Shown here one piece after another: positions 8,083-17,775 of a stretch of DNA of 32,000 bases (its first letter is position 1; each line of letters opens with the position of its first letter). Source of the DNA: Crocosphaera watsonii WH 8501 (GTDB lineage Bacteria; Cyanobacteriota; Cyanobacteriia; Cyanobacteriales; Microcystaceae); the NCBI RefSeq assembly GCF_050563455.1, contig NZ_CP191777.1:5955844-5987843 (forward strand), read 5' to 3'. The position numbers and the translations under genes are program-made. Under the pieces are notes generated by a model that saw only the letters and a list, made by a program, of their open reading frames with translations, ran no database searches and was not told the origin of the DNA.

Positions 8083-9777
8083 TAGGGTTTGCTGAAAAAG
8101 TTTCTCCAAAATTTATGCCACTTTTGACCAAGAATTTTCTGACAAATCAATAAGTTTTAGTACATAAAAATTGTTTAAAGTATAATCAAAACTAATGAAA
8201 GGCGGTTTGATGAGTTCCCCTGTTCTATTGTTAGTAAATAAGGACAAAAAAAGCGACAAAAACTGCCTCAGAAGTTTAGAAAGATTGACAACTAAAAATG
8301 TAATAGCAATAGATGTAATGGAGGTTTCAGGGAGTTTTGTCATCACGAGATTTAGGCTAAATCTTCGTTTAGCTTGTCCAAACTTTCCCTCAATAGCATT
8401 ACGGAAGCATTCATCGGAGTGGGCTTGTTTCTTTTCTTCTTCACTGACATTTTTCGGAGGTCTTCCTAACTTCGGACCACTGATTCTTATCCCTCTTTCC
8501 TTACACCAATTTCTGTTTTCCCTAGTTCGATAAATTTTATCTACATGGACGGATTCGGGATAATAGCCAAACGTTTCTTTATACTTTTCTACTTGTTCTT
8601 TTAAATGACAAGATTCATTGAAGTTTTCCCAACTTATTTTGTCTAGAAACACATAGTTATCTACACAGCTTACTGAGAGTTTAGCTCCAAAATCTATTGG
8701 GTTTCCTGCTTTTCCCCTCACTATTGGACGAATATGCGGTTGAGTTAAACTTACAATTCTTTGAGGAACACTCTGGGTCTTATTCTCCCACATTGACTGT
8801 TGTTGTTCATAAACTTTTTTGATAGTCTCTAGACAATTTTTCTGTCTTTTACTCAGATTTTCCAGGGAAGCCCCAGCTTGAATTAAGTCTTCTATATTTC
8901 CTAAATTTTTCTTAAGGTATTTTAACTGTTTCCCGATAGCTTTTCTTCTTTCTTGATAAGATACTTTTCGTTTTTTAGCTACTTTTAAGTATTCCTTTCT
9001 AGCAATTTTTCTAGAAGTTCTCGGCTTTTTTCTCAATTTTACTCTTAATGGTTTATAAAGATTATCTATTATTCTTTCTGTCTCAATTCTGGCTTGATTT
9101 AATATGCCTAAATCCGTTGGGTATTTGATGTCTGCTGGCGCACAAGTCGCATCTAAAATTAGTTTACCTTTATTTTTTATTTTTTCTCCTTTTTCTTGGA
9201 GACAATCCTTTTTTTTTACTTCTTTATCACTCTTGTCTATTTCTCTTTTTACTATTTTTTTATTGATTTTGTTTATCAATTCTCCATCAATTCTTTTCCT
9301 AAAATGAACTAGCATTGAAGATTCCAGTGGTGGCTCTTGTTGATAACAATTTAAACCTATAAAGTATTGTAGATAGGGATTTTCTCTAATCTGTTCTATA
9401 GTTTCTCTATCACTTGTTCCTAATTTTTCCTTAATAATTAATGTCCCTAATGCCATTCTAAATAGTTTGGCTGGCGCACCTTTTTCTGCTGAAAAAAGTT
9501 TAGCATATTCTTCCTCAAAATCATCCCAAGGTATCAACTCTGCCATGATTACCCAACGATTATTGGGGGACAATTTGCCCTCGAAAGGTAATTCAAATTT
9601 TTCTGGGGGCGGTAAAGGTTGCTCCTCTTTTCGATACATTTGTTCTTGACCAACAACTGGGAGGTGTTTCTACCAATTATAGCGGTTTGTAGCCGACAAA
9701 GCTGATCTTTTTTGCGATCGCGAATATGGGTGTAACCTTTTAAAGAATAGGGTTTTGCTTTTATTCAGCAAACCCTA
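8083..9777 (-). mobile_element. IS5/IS1182-like insertion sequence (boundaries tentative)
   Basis: TAGGGTTTGCTGAA at 8083-8096 is the reverse complement of 9764-9777. Together they enclose the 508-aa transposase ORF. No target-site duplication was seen. Confidence 0.5.
8113..9639 (-). CDS. DDE transposase, IS5/IS1182-like, with a DUF772-type N-terminal domain
   Basis: The 508-aa intact ORF shows FRMALGTLIIKEKLGTSDRETIEQIRENPYLQYFIGL...HFRKRI (DUF772-like), DATCAPADIKYPTDLGIL and HVDKIYRTRENRNWCKERGI. Confidence 0.8.
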   Translation of the reverse strand: MYRKEEQPLPPPEKFELPFEGKLSPNNRWVIMAELIPWDDFEEEYAKLFSAEKGAPAKLFRMALGTLIIKEKLGTSDRETIEQIRENPYLQYFIGLNCYQQEPPLESSMLVHFRKRIDGELINKINKKIVKREIDKSDKEVKKKDCLQEKGEKIKNKGKLILDATCAPADIKYPTDLGILNQARIETERIIDNLYKPLRVKLRKKPRTSRKIARKEYLKVAKKRKVSYQERRKAIGKQLKYLKKNLGNIEDLIQAGASLENLSKRQKNCLETIKKVYEQQQSMWENKTQSVPQRIVSLTQPHIRPIVRGKAGNPIDFGAKLSVSCVDNYVFLDKISWENFNESCHLKEQVEKYKETFGYYPESVHVDKIYRTRENRNWCKERGIRISGPKLGRPPKNVSEEEKKQAHSDECFRNAIEGKFGQAKRRFSLNLVMTKLPETSITSIAITFLVVNLSKLLRQFLSLFLSLFTNNRTGELIKPPFISFDYTLNNFYVLKLIDLSENSWSKVA

Positions 9778-10780
9778 CTTATCTCTTCATCTTTTTTGAT
9801 GATCAGACTAATCATTTTATAAATCTTTTCCTTTTTTTTCGAGTAAGTTTCAATCAGTTCAACTTCTTTTATTTCCAACAATCTCAATTTTTTATTAATA
9901 GCTTTTAATTTATATCGAGCAGCTTGAGGATGTTCAAATTCTTCAGATTGTATTTCTTTAAGAAATTTTTGGGATTTCTTCTCTTCTTGGGAAAGTTGTT
10001 TTTCTAGTTTTTCCAAATCACTTTTCTGTCTTTTTTCACTCAAGACTATTAACCAAGTTTGCTTGATTCCACCATAAGTAACAATTTCTTCTTTCCAGGT
10101 ATAACTTTCTAAATTTAGGTCACTTCTTTTTTCTTTATCTTCATCTTTTACTTCTTCCACCTCTATATTTTGCACTAATTCTTTTGCTTTTTTTATGGTC
10201 ATTGGAACTCTCGTTATCCATTTTAAATGTTGGATTAGTTGGAGATTCTCTTGACCATATAAAGCACTATCACAAACCATGATACTATCAAACTTTATTT
10301 GCTTTTTGAATTCTACTAAAACTTTTCCAAATACAGCTTTATCAGATTCATTTCCATCTCCTACTCTCACAAATAATGGAATATCTCCATCTTGGCTTGT
10401 TATTAAATCCAAGACACATTGTTTTAAGTCTGGTCTATGATCCCGAGAATATCCTTTCTTAATAAAAATTGGTCTTTCTTTAATAATTTTTTCTTCTTCC
10501 TGTTTCTCTTTATCTTCTTCCCTTTTATATTCTCCATCTAAATGAAATGATGTGGAATCTAAATGGGAGTATTTAAGGTCTATTTTAAATTTTTTAATTA
10601 CTTCTAAAACTACTTCAATAAAAATATCATTTAGTCCATATTTATATAATTCATCCATTACTCTCCCAATTTTATCATCATTAAGGTAATCAGGTTTAAT
10701 TCTTTCTCCTAACAATTTCTCAATGGCTTTATCTTGAAAAAACTGACTGAATAAATATAGAGGTCTTGAAACAAATCCTA

Positions 10781-12158
10781 GTGCAGCTTGGCGAAAGTAA
10801 TCCACCAGATTTTTACAGAAACTTTCGTGACTAGCCACGACAATGTGTTTCAATGAAACTAACGGAAGAATCTCGAAGTTGATGTCCATGATAAAAGCAT
10901 TGCCAATTAACCTCTCCAACCTACAGAAAACAGTACTCCAACAAATAGTGAGAGGGACAACAAACCCCTATCGCCTTGTTAGACGAGCCAAGCTAATCTT
11001 AGCCGCAGCATCAGGAGAGAGCAATAGTTCGATTAGTCGAAGATTAGAATTAGACCGAGTACAAGTGCGTCAGTGGCGATCGCGATGGTTTGAGGAGAGA
11101 GAAAAACTGAGTGCCGCCGAAGAACAACAGGTAACGGAGAAAGCATTAATGGTCTTGATCAAAGGAATTTTAAGCGATCGCCCAAGACCTGGAACAACAA
11201 AATCCTTTACGGTCGAACAAGTAGTCCAGATTGTAGAGATCGCTTGTGAAGAATGTGAAAAATCAGACAGACCAGTGAGCCATTGGACACCTTCAGAGTT
11301 GGCGGATGAAGCCATAAAAAGAGGAATTGTCGAAAAGATTTCCCCCCGTAGTGTGGGGCGTTTTTTAAAAAGAAGCGACATTACAACCACATCTCGTTCG
11401 TTACTGGTTAAATGCCAAAATTGATGATCCCTTAAAATTTAAAAAGCAAGTCAAATATATCTGTGAACTTCATCAAGAAGCTAAAACTTTGTTAGAACAA
11501 GGAATTCATTTAATTAGTACAGATGAAATGACAGGGATTCAAGCTCTTGAGAGATTATTTCCGAACAAAAGAATCAAGCCTAAACAAGTAGAAAAAATCG
11601 AATTTGAATATGAAAGACACGGAACTTTAAGCTTGATTGCGAACTGGGATGTGGCAAGAGGAAAAGTTGTTAGTCCCTCTATTGGACCGACAAGAACAGA
11701 ACAAGATTTTTCTGAACATATCCAGAGAACTATTAAGATTGATGAAAAAGCAGAATGGATTTTTATTGTAGATCAACTCAACACTCATAAATCGGAAAGC
11801 TTAGTCAAATTAGTAGCAGAAAGCTGTGGAATTACTATTGATTTGGGGAGAAAAGGAAAGGAGGGGATTTTGCAATCTATGGAGAGCAGAGCAGATTTTT
11901 TATCAGATGAATCTCATCGAATTCGCTTTGTTTATATTCCCAAACATACATCGTGGCTTAATCAAATTGAGTGTTGGTTTTCGATCTTAGTCAGGCGTTT
12001 ACTCAAAAGAATTACTGTCCGTTCAACTGAAGAACTATCCCAAAAAATTCTCAATTTTATTGATTACTTTAATCAACATTTTGCTAAGCCGTTCGTTTGG
12101 AAATTTAAGGGCTTTAAAGATCATAAGTGACTGGTGGATTATTTTTGCTAAGCTGCAC
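10781..12158 (+). mobile_element. IS630-family insertion sequence with 28-bp terminal inverted repeats and a TA target duplication
   Basis: The left repeat GTGCAGCTTGGCGAAAGTAATCCACCAG (10781-10808) matches the reverse complement of 12131-12158 at 25 of 28 positions. TA is present at 10779-10780 and at 12159-12160. Confidence 0.9.
10882..12130 (+). pseudogene. IS630-family transposase in two frames (HTH part 10882-11424, DDE part 11369-12130)
   Basis: The frames switch at T6A5 (11361-11371). Removing one A gives GRFLKEATLQPHLVRYWLN..., the typical IS630 junction. The DDE part contains STDEMTGIQALER and FVYIPKHTSWLNQIECWF. Confidence 0.8.
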
Positions 12159-12387
12159 TAGTCCATTGATTAAAATAGACTTAACTACTGTACCTGCTGA
12201 GATTTTTTCTCTAACATCTATTCCTAATTTATTATTAATTATTTTGACTATTCCTATTTCATCAATTAAACCAGCTACTATCCCTAAATGGTCTAAATTT
12301 TTAACTTGTATTTCTTCTAAATAAGACATTTTTCGCTCTTTTTTTTACAGAGGAAACAACTTAAGCAATTATCCCACTTTTTTGTCT

Positions 12388-12741
12388 TCAAGAGCTTAAG
12401 CAATTATACTTAATTGTTAACCCTAGGCTTGTAGTATTTAATGCTACTTTTTGAAGTGCGGAATCTGGGTTATAACCTAGTTTAAGCTGTTCTAGAAGTT
12501 GCTTTTTTTTTAACCCACTTAAGCGATCGAACTCCTCTGTTAAGGTGATAGAATCATCTTTTATTTGACCATAGATAGGGTTTTCCGCTTTTAACCTTGG
12601 CCATAAACGTTCCATAACTGGTTGTACTAACTCTAAACTCGCTATGCGATCGCTACAGTTAGCCAAGACAGAGGGAACTCCAAACAAAAACCCTAGTGCT
12701 AGAGTTTTGATTGCGATTAATATAACTTTTCTCGGACTCAT
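12388..12741 (-). CDS. Small hypothetical secreted protein; its 3' end reads into the right arm of the IS-cluster inverted repeat
   Basis: Starting from internal Met41 (ATG 12741-12739) gives a signal-peptide-like N-terminus, MSPRKVILIAIKTLALGFLFGVPSVLA. I recognise no family. Confidence 0.4.
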   Translation of the reverse strand: MSPRKVILIAIKTLALGFLFGVPSVLANCSDRIASLELVQPVMERLWPRLKAENPIYGQIKDDSITLTEEFDRLSGLKKKQLLEQLKLGYNPDSALQKVALNTTSLGLTIKYNCLSS

Positions 12742-12969
12742 AAAGTACAGCGTGAAAATGAGACAAAACTTTTCTACTTTATTGTTAACATATATCAGGA
12801 TAATAATTTTTGGTAAAGAATGTGTGTTAAAATGAGGGATGGAAGCCAAAACAGATATCATTACAAAAGAGGAAACAATCTTACAGTTTTTCTTGCGTAA
12901 AGCTAGGTTATTGGTGAATATTCAAAGGAAAATAAAACCATTATTGTTCTCTTTAAAAGCCAAAAAATA

Positions 12970-13710
12970 ATGACAGAAAAACTATACGAAGGCAAAGCAA
13001 AGATTCTCTATACAACAGATGATCCCGATATTCTCCTAACCCATTTCAAAGATGATGCCACTGCCTTTAATGCTCAAAAGCGAGGTACTATTGTAGAAAA
13101 AGGCAAAATGAATTGTCAGATCACAGTTGCCTTATTTCAATGGTTAGAATCAAAAGGAATACCTACCCATTTAATCAAACAATCCGCCGATGACAAAATA
13201 TTAGTAAAACGAGTTAAGATTATTCCCATAGAAGTAGTTGTTAGAAATATAGCAGCAGGAAGTTTATGCAGACAGACAGGGTTAGAGGAAGGATCTAAAT
13301 TACCCTTTCCCTTAGTTGAATTTTACTTTAAGAATGATGAACTAGGAGATCCCTTGTTGACCCGTGATCGCCTTTTAATATTAGAACTGGCCACAGAAGA
13401 ACAACTCAAACAACTACAAAACCTAGCCTTAAGTATCAATCAACATTTACAAGAATTTTTTGCCAGTTGTCAAATTACTCTAGTGGATTTTAAGCTAGAA
13501 TTTGGGCTTGATAAACAGGGGAAAATTCTCTTAGCAGATGAAATTAGCCCCGATACCTGTCGACTATGGGATCAAACAGAAAAAGATCCTCAAAAGCGTG
13601 TCATGGATAAAGATCGCTTTCGTCGAGACTTAGGAAAGGTTGAAACAGCTTATCAACAAGTTCAGAAGAGAGTTTTAGAGCAATTAGGATCAGCTAAAAA
13701 GGGACTTTGA
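12970..13710 (+). CDS. purC: Phosphoribosylaminoimidazole-succinocarboxamide (SAICAR) synthase
   Basis: LYEGKAKILYTT...KDDATAFNAQKRG...GKMNCQIT...GIPTH... is typical of PurC. Confidence 0.92.
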   Translation: MTEKLYEGKAKILYTTDDPDILLTHFKDDATAFNAQKRGTIVEKGKMNCQITVALFQWLESKGIPTHLIKQSADDKILVKRVKIIPIEVVVRNIAAGSLCRQTGLEEGSKLPFPLVEFYFKNDELGDPLLTRDRLLILELATEEQLKQLQNLALSINQHLQEFFASCQITLVDFKLEFGLDKQGKILLADEISPDTCRLWDQTEKDPQKRVMDKDRFRRDLGKVETAYQQVQKRVLEQLGSAKKGL

Positions 13711-13788
13711 TCGAGAGTTTGGGAAGTAAGGACAAGTTTGACTGGTAAGATTAGCATCAACTTTGTCAAAATAAACATTTCGCTTGGA

Positions 13789-13837
13789 ACGGACATCTCA
13801 CGATGGCTAAGCGTCTTCGCCATCGTGAGATGTCCGT
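13789..13837. other. Perfect 19-bp stem / 11-nt loop hairpin in the purC-bamA spacer
   Basis: ACGGACATCTCACGATGGC (13789-13807) pairs perfectly with GCCATCGTGAGATGTCCGT (13819-13837). No U/T tract follows on either strand. Confidence 0.9.
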
Positions 13838-14049
13838 GACCCGCCTAATTATACCGACTCTGACAAGCACGGTACAGAGGGGGGCTTCTCGGCGGTGAGG
13901 TAACAAAAATTGGAACAATTTGTTACAGTCGGGGTCTAAGAGACGGGTAATATGGCTCGGCTGTTAGATAAGCTGTTAGCTATCAGTTAAGTTAACCAAA
14001 AGGAACGGATAACAGTGAAAACGCTATAGCTTGATTGGGTGTGTAGGAA

Positions 14050-16668
14050 GTGTCAAACCAGAGCAAAAAGTTACATTTTTTCCCCTTACTGGGGATTATC
14101 CTGACAACAACAACTGTCTGGGTAGCCGAAAGGCCCTTAAGAGGGCAGAACGTCCCGTCAGTAGCCAGTATCAAAGACCCAGAAGCAACTGATTTTGAGT
14201 TTCTGGAAAATCTCACCTGGGACTCACAGACCGATGAATATTCAACAGAGGTTGAGCCTTATACCAAGGTTTCAGACATAAAAGAGGGGGTATCTTCTCC
14301 AGTGAAGTCCCAGGATGGAGTCAAGGAGCCAATAGCCAGAGATTCCAGCCCAATAATACTGGAAGATCCTTGGTTAGAAGAGTCTAGAGGCACTATTGAC
14401 CCTTATCCTAGAGTTTCCACCATCCAAGCAACAACGGAAGTTGTTGCTACTGAAGATAACCATCCCAACCTCTCCGATGCCTGGTTAGAAGAGTCCTCAG
14501 AGGCAATTAACCCTTATCCCAGGGTTTCCCAACTCAAGGAGGTACAACCAAGCCCTGAACCCCCTTCTCAGTCCTCTACAGCCCCCCCAAACCATGAAGG
14601 TTTAGCCCCTCAATTAACCGTAGATACAGTATCCCAGGCTAACTTAGGCGAAGCGATCGCCCCTGAGTTAACTCAGCCACCAGAAATAGTCCAAGAAACT
14701 ATTCCACTGGAGTTAACTCAACCAGCAGAAATAGCCCAAGAAACAACCCCTCCCAGTAATGGTGAAGATATCCAAGATAGGGATATTCCAGTGGTTCCCA
14801 CACCAGAAGTGATTCCTGCCCCCGAAGGAGAAACCGAAGAAATAGAAACCAGCGAACAAGAACCCCGAGTCTTAGTGGTAGAAGTAGTAGTTGAAGGGGC
14901 TGAGCGAGAACTTGAAAACTTAGTTTATAACACAATACAGACTCGGCCAGGGCGTACGGCCACCCGTTCCCAACTACAAGAAGACGTAAACGCCATTTAT
15001 GCCACAGGTTTCTTCGCTAACGTGGAAGTTACCCCTGCCGACACACCTTTAGGGGTAAGAATTACTTACGCCGTCGAGGTCAACCCAGTTTTAGAGCAGG
15101 TGGTAGTTAGTACCGTGCCTGATGTAGAAGATGAACGAGCTTTACCCCCTGAGAAAGTTCAAGAAATTTTTGGGGAGCAATACGGTAAAACCCTGAACCT
15201 GAGGGATCTTCAAGAAGGAATTGGCGCAATTAACGAATGGTACGCCGAACAAGGATTTGACCTAGCGCAAGTTATTGGTTCCCCCGAAGTCAGCGAAGAT
15301 GGTATTGTCACCTTAGTAATCGCTGAAGGGGTGATAGAAGACATTCAGGTACGCTTTTTTGACCCAGAAGACGAACCCTTAGATGGAAGAACCCGCGACT
15401 TTATCGTTACCCGTGAAATGCAGTTAAAACCTGGGACTGTCTTTAACCGAAGAACAGCACAATTTGACCTACAAAGGATTTTTGGCTTAGGACTCTTTGA
15501 AGATGTGCGGGTTTCCTTTAGTCCAGGGGAAGACCCCAGAGAAGTAATCGTCAATGTGGATGTGGTGGAAGGTAACACCGGATCATTAGCCGCAGGGACA
15601 GGGATCAGTTCCAGTAGTGGACTGTTTGGAACCATTAGTTACCAAGAACAGAACTTAGGGGGTAACGGTCAAACCATCGGGGGTGAAGTCCAAGTTGGGG
15701 AAAGGGAACTACTATTAGATGTCAGTTTTACAGATCCGTGGATTGCTGGTGATCCTTTCCGTACCGCTTATACAGTTAACGGGTTCCGTCGTCGGACTAT
15801 TTCCCTCGTCTTTGATGGGGATGATTCTTCCATTAGAACCCTTAACGGGTTTGACAGTCCTCGGGTCATTCGTACAGGGGGTGGTGTTTCCTTTGCCCGT
15901 CCCATAGCGGATAATCCCTTTACCAAACCAGACTGGCGACTCACCGCCGGGGTTAACTATCAACGGGTACAAATCGAAAACGCAGACGGGGATATTGCCC
16001 CTCTATCAGCCCCCCTCAACGGTTTTCCAGAACAACCCTTGGCCTTCAGTGACTCGGGACGGGATGACTTGTTAACCCTTAGCTTCGCTGCGGCTCAAGA
16101 TTTTCGTAATAATCCCTTACGTCCCACCAGTGGTTATGTTCTTCGCTTAGGTGTAGAACAAACCCTCCCCGTAGGTTCGGGAAGTGTTACTTTTACCCGT
16201 TTGCGAGGCAATTATAGTTATTTTCTACCCCTAGATTTTATCGATTTAGGATTTATTGAAGAAGATCAACCCAAACCCCAGGCTTTAGCCTTTAATGTAC
16301 AAGCCGGAACCGTATTGGAAGATTTACCCCCTTATGAAGCTTTTGTGGTGGGTGGTAGTAATTCAGTCCGAGGCTACGCAGAAGGGGAGGTGGGTAACGG
16401 ACGGAGTTATTTTCAAGCAACGGCAGAATACCGCTTTCCCATTATTCCGGCGGTTGGGGCCGCTCTCTTCTTCGATTATGGGACAACCATTAAGTCTCAA
16501 CGCTCTGTTCGTGGTATCCCTGGCGTAGTGCGAGGATTACCTAGTGATGGCTATGGTTATGGTTTGGGGGTGAGAATTCAATCTCCCGTCGGACCTATTA
16601 GGGTTGATTATGGCATCAATGATGACGGGGACTCTCGTATTCATTTTGGTATTGGAGAAAGATTTTAA
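14050..16668 (+). CDS. bamA: Outer-membrane protein assembly factor, Omp85/BamA family, with a Pro/Glu-rich N-terminal extension
   Basis: 872 aa with a GTG start and a signal-like N-terminus. It has POTRA-like repeats (e.g. IYATGFFANVEV) and a C-terminal beta-barrel ending ...RIHFGIGERF. Confidence 0.9.
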   Translation: MSNQSKKLHFFPLLGIILTTTTVWVAERPLRGQNVPSVASIKDPEATDFEFLENLTWDSQTDEYSTEVEPYTKVSDIKEGVSSPVKSQDGVKEPIARDSSPIILEDPWLEESRGTIDPYPRVSTIQATTEVVATEDNHPNLSDAWLEESSEAINPYPRVSQLKEVQPSPEPPSQSSTAPPNHEGLAPQLTVDTVSQANLGEAIAPELTQPPEIVQETIPLELTQPAEIAQETTPPSNGEDIQDRDIPVVPTPEVIPAPEGETEEIETSEQEPRVLVVEVVVEGAERELENLVYNTIQTRPGRTATRSQLQEDVNAIYATGFFANVEVTPADTPLGVRITYAVEVNPVLEQVVVSTVPDVEDERALPPEKVQEIFGEQYGKTLNLRDLQEGIGAINEWYAEQGFDLAQVIGSPEVSEDGIVTLVIAEGVIEDIQVRFFDPEDEPLDGRTRDFIVTREMQLKPGTVFNRRTAQFDLQRIFGLGLFEDVRVSFSPGEDPREVIVNVDVVEGNTGSLAAGTGISSSSGLFGTISYQEQNLGGNGQTIGGEVQVGERELLLDVSFTDPWIAGDPFRTAYTVNGFRRRTISLVFDGDDSSIRTLNGFDSPRVIRTGGGVSFARPIADNPFTKPDWRLTAGVNYQRVQIENADGDIAPLSAPLNGFPEQPLAFSDSGRDDLLTLSFAAAQDFRNNPLRPTSGYVLRLGVEQTLPVGSGSVTFTRLRGNYSYFLPLDFIDLGFIEEDQPKPQALAFNVQAGTVLEDLPPYEAFVVGGSNSVRGYAEGEVGNGRSYFQATAEYRFPIIPAVGAALFFDYGTTIKSQRSVRGIPGVVRGLPSDGYGYGLGVRIQSPVGPIRVDYGINDDGDSRIHFGIGERF

Positions 16669-16687
16669 CACAGTGAACAGTTATCAG

Positions 16688-16714
16688 TTATCAGTTATCA
16701 GTTAAAAACCATTA
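16688..16714. repeat. Heptanucleotide tandem repeat CAGTTAT, ~3.9 copies (STRR-like)
   Basis: Read directly in the bamA-lpxC spacer. Confidence 0.95.
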
Positions 16715-16729
16715 ATATTGGAGTTTAAA

Positions 16730-17557
16730 ATGACATCTACTATAGAAAAAGGCATCACAGTATCCGGTATTGGTTTACATTCTGGGGCTAACACTGAAGT
16801 CAGAATATTGCCCAATTATGGAAATCAAGGCCGTTATTTTGTTCGGGTTGATTTACCAGAAAAACCCATCATTCCCGCCACTGTTTCGGCAGTGAATCAA
16901 ACCTTATTATCCACAGAATTAATGGCTAATGGGGCAAAAATTCGCACTGTGGAACATTTATTAGCGGCTCTCAACGGATGTGGCATCGAAAATGCTTGCA
17001 TCGAAATCGACGGGCCCGAAGTTCCCTTATTAGACGGTTCGGCTCAAAACTGGGTAGAGGCTATGCTGGAATCTGGTCTGAGTCCCTCAGAAATGGTCAT
17101 AGGCAGCCCGATCACAGAACCAGTATGGGTTAGGGATGGAGATGCTTTTGTGGCTGCTATACCTGCCCCAGAAATCCGCTTTAGCTATGGTGTTGATTAT
17201 CCTTACCAAGCGATCGGCAATCAATGGGTGAGTTGGAACCCCAAAAAAGAGCCATTTCAAGAGTTGATCGCCCCGGCCAGAACCTTTGGCTTTGCCGATC
17301 AAATTGAACAGTTGAAACAATCAGGGTTAATTAAAGGAGGGAGTCTAGACAACGCTTTGGTCTGCGATCGCTCTGGTTGGCTTAACCCTCCTTTACGCTT
17401 TGAAAATGAACCAGTACGCCATAAACTCTTAGATTTAATCGGCGATTTGAGTTTATTAGGAACCATTCCCCAAGCACATTTTTTAGCCTATAAAGCTAGT
17501 CATAAACTTCATGTTCAACTAGCTCAAGCCTTATCAAAAAACACGGGAGTCCAGTGA
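16730..17557 (+). CDS. lpxC: UDP-3-O-acyl-N-acetylglucosamine deacetylase
   Basis: GIGLHSG...[16 protein letters not shown]...PLLDGSA...KASHKLH. I placed the start at ATG 16730 rather than the TTG at 16718. Confidence 0.9.
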   Translation: MTSTIEKGITVSGIGLHSGANTEVRILPNYGNQGRYFVRVDLPEKPIIPATVSAVNQTLLSTELMANGAKIRTVEHLLAALNGCGIENACIEIDGPEVPLLDGSAQNWVEAMLESGLSPSEMVIGSPITEPVWVRDGDAFVAAIPAPEIRFSYGVDYPYQAIGNQWVSWNPKKEPFQELIAPARTFGFADQIEQLKQSGLIKGGSLDNALVCDRSGWLNPPLRFENEPVRHKLLDLIGDLSLLGTIPQAHFLAYKASHKLHVQLAQALSKNTGVQ

Positions 17558-17775
17558 CTTCTTAACCGCCGTTGTTTCTCCGTTGCTACTCAAACCCTGA
17601 TGATCATGTTTCAAAAGTTAGCATTTTTACAAAAATCTAAATATAAGGAGCAATAGTTTATTTTTCTGGAGTAATTGGCGAGCTAAGACTTAAAATAATT
17701 CTTTGAATATGTGATTTTGAATATTTTTATCAATAAAAATCACAATATTGTATAAATATGCCCCTGAAAACTATA

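Larger units (their letters stand above)
9765..12329 (-). pseudogene. IS1634-family (DUF4277 N-terminus, IS4-like DDE) transposase, split by an IS630 insertion and 3'-truncated. Native parts are 12161-12329 and about 9782-10778
   Basis: The N-terminal part MSYLEEIQVKNLDHLGIVAGLIDEIGIV is DUF4277-like. The C-terminal part GFVSRPLYLF...HLDSTSFHLDG...GYSRDHRPDLKQ...MVCDSALY carries the first two catalytic-Asp regions. No Y-R-E-K region appears before the ORF runs into the IS5-like end. Confidence 0.75.
8043..12469. mobile_element. Nested IS cluster bracketed by an inverted repeat (21 bp perfect, ~40 bp imperfect)
   Basis: CCCAGATTCCGCACTTCAAAA at 8043-8063 is the exact reverse complement of 12449-12469. 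Weaker similarity continues inward to about 8082 and 12430. The span contains three transposase genes. Confidence 0.7.

Noticed and set aside
8195-9649. Plus-strand ORFs 8195-8533, 9104-9307 and 9467-9649 inside the IS5-like element
   Set aside because: They are antisense to an intact 508-aa transposase and their low-complexity translations are typical of shadow ORFs. The same applies to ORFs 1116-1334, 1715-1915, 3718-3924, 4647-4859, 5280-5474, 6161-6352, 11070-11390, 12127-12324, 12644-12835, 14699-14935, 15345-15635, 15715-15972, 15719-15907, 16295-16528, 17087-17320, 22390-22644, 22609-22866, 25552-25770, 26582-26833, 26855-27169 and 30841-31110, which lie antisense to or out of frame with supported genes.
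9640-9765. Searched this spacer and the sequence right of 12470 for the missing HisKA/HATPase part of the phytochrome kinase
   Set aside because: None of the frames I translated showed kinase-like motifs (such as the N, G1 or G2 boxes). The remainder appears to be absent from the window.
13804-13899. A 31-aa basic ORF (MAKRLRHREMSVTRLIIPTLTSTVQRGASRR) in the purC-bamA spacer
   Set aside because: Its start codon and first codons lie inside the 19-bp perfect stem, and there is no Shine-Dalgarno sequence. The composition is explained by the palindrome itself.
17558-17775. Absence of fabZ-lpxA after lpxC read as a deletion caused by the IS
   Set aside because: The lpxC-fabZ-lpxA linkage is not universal in cyanobacteria, and no gene remnants are visible in the flanks. 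The claim cannot be supported from this window.
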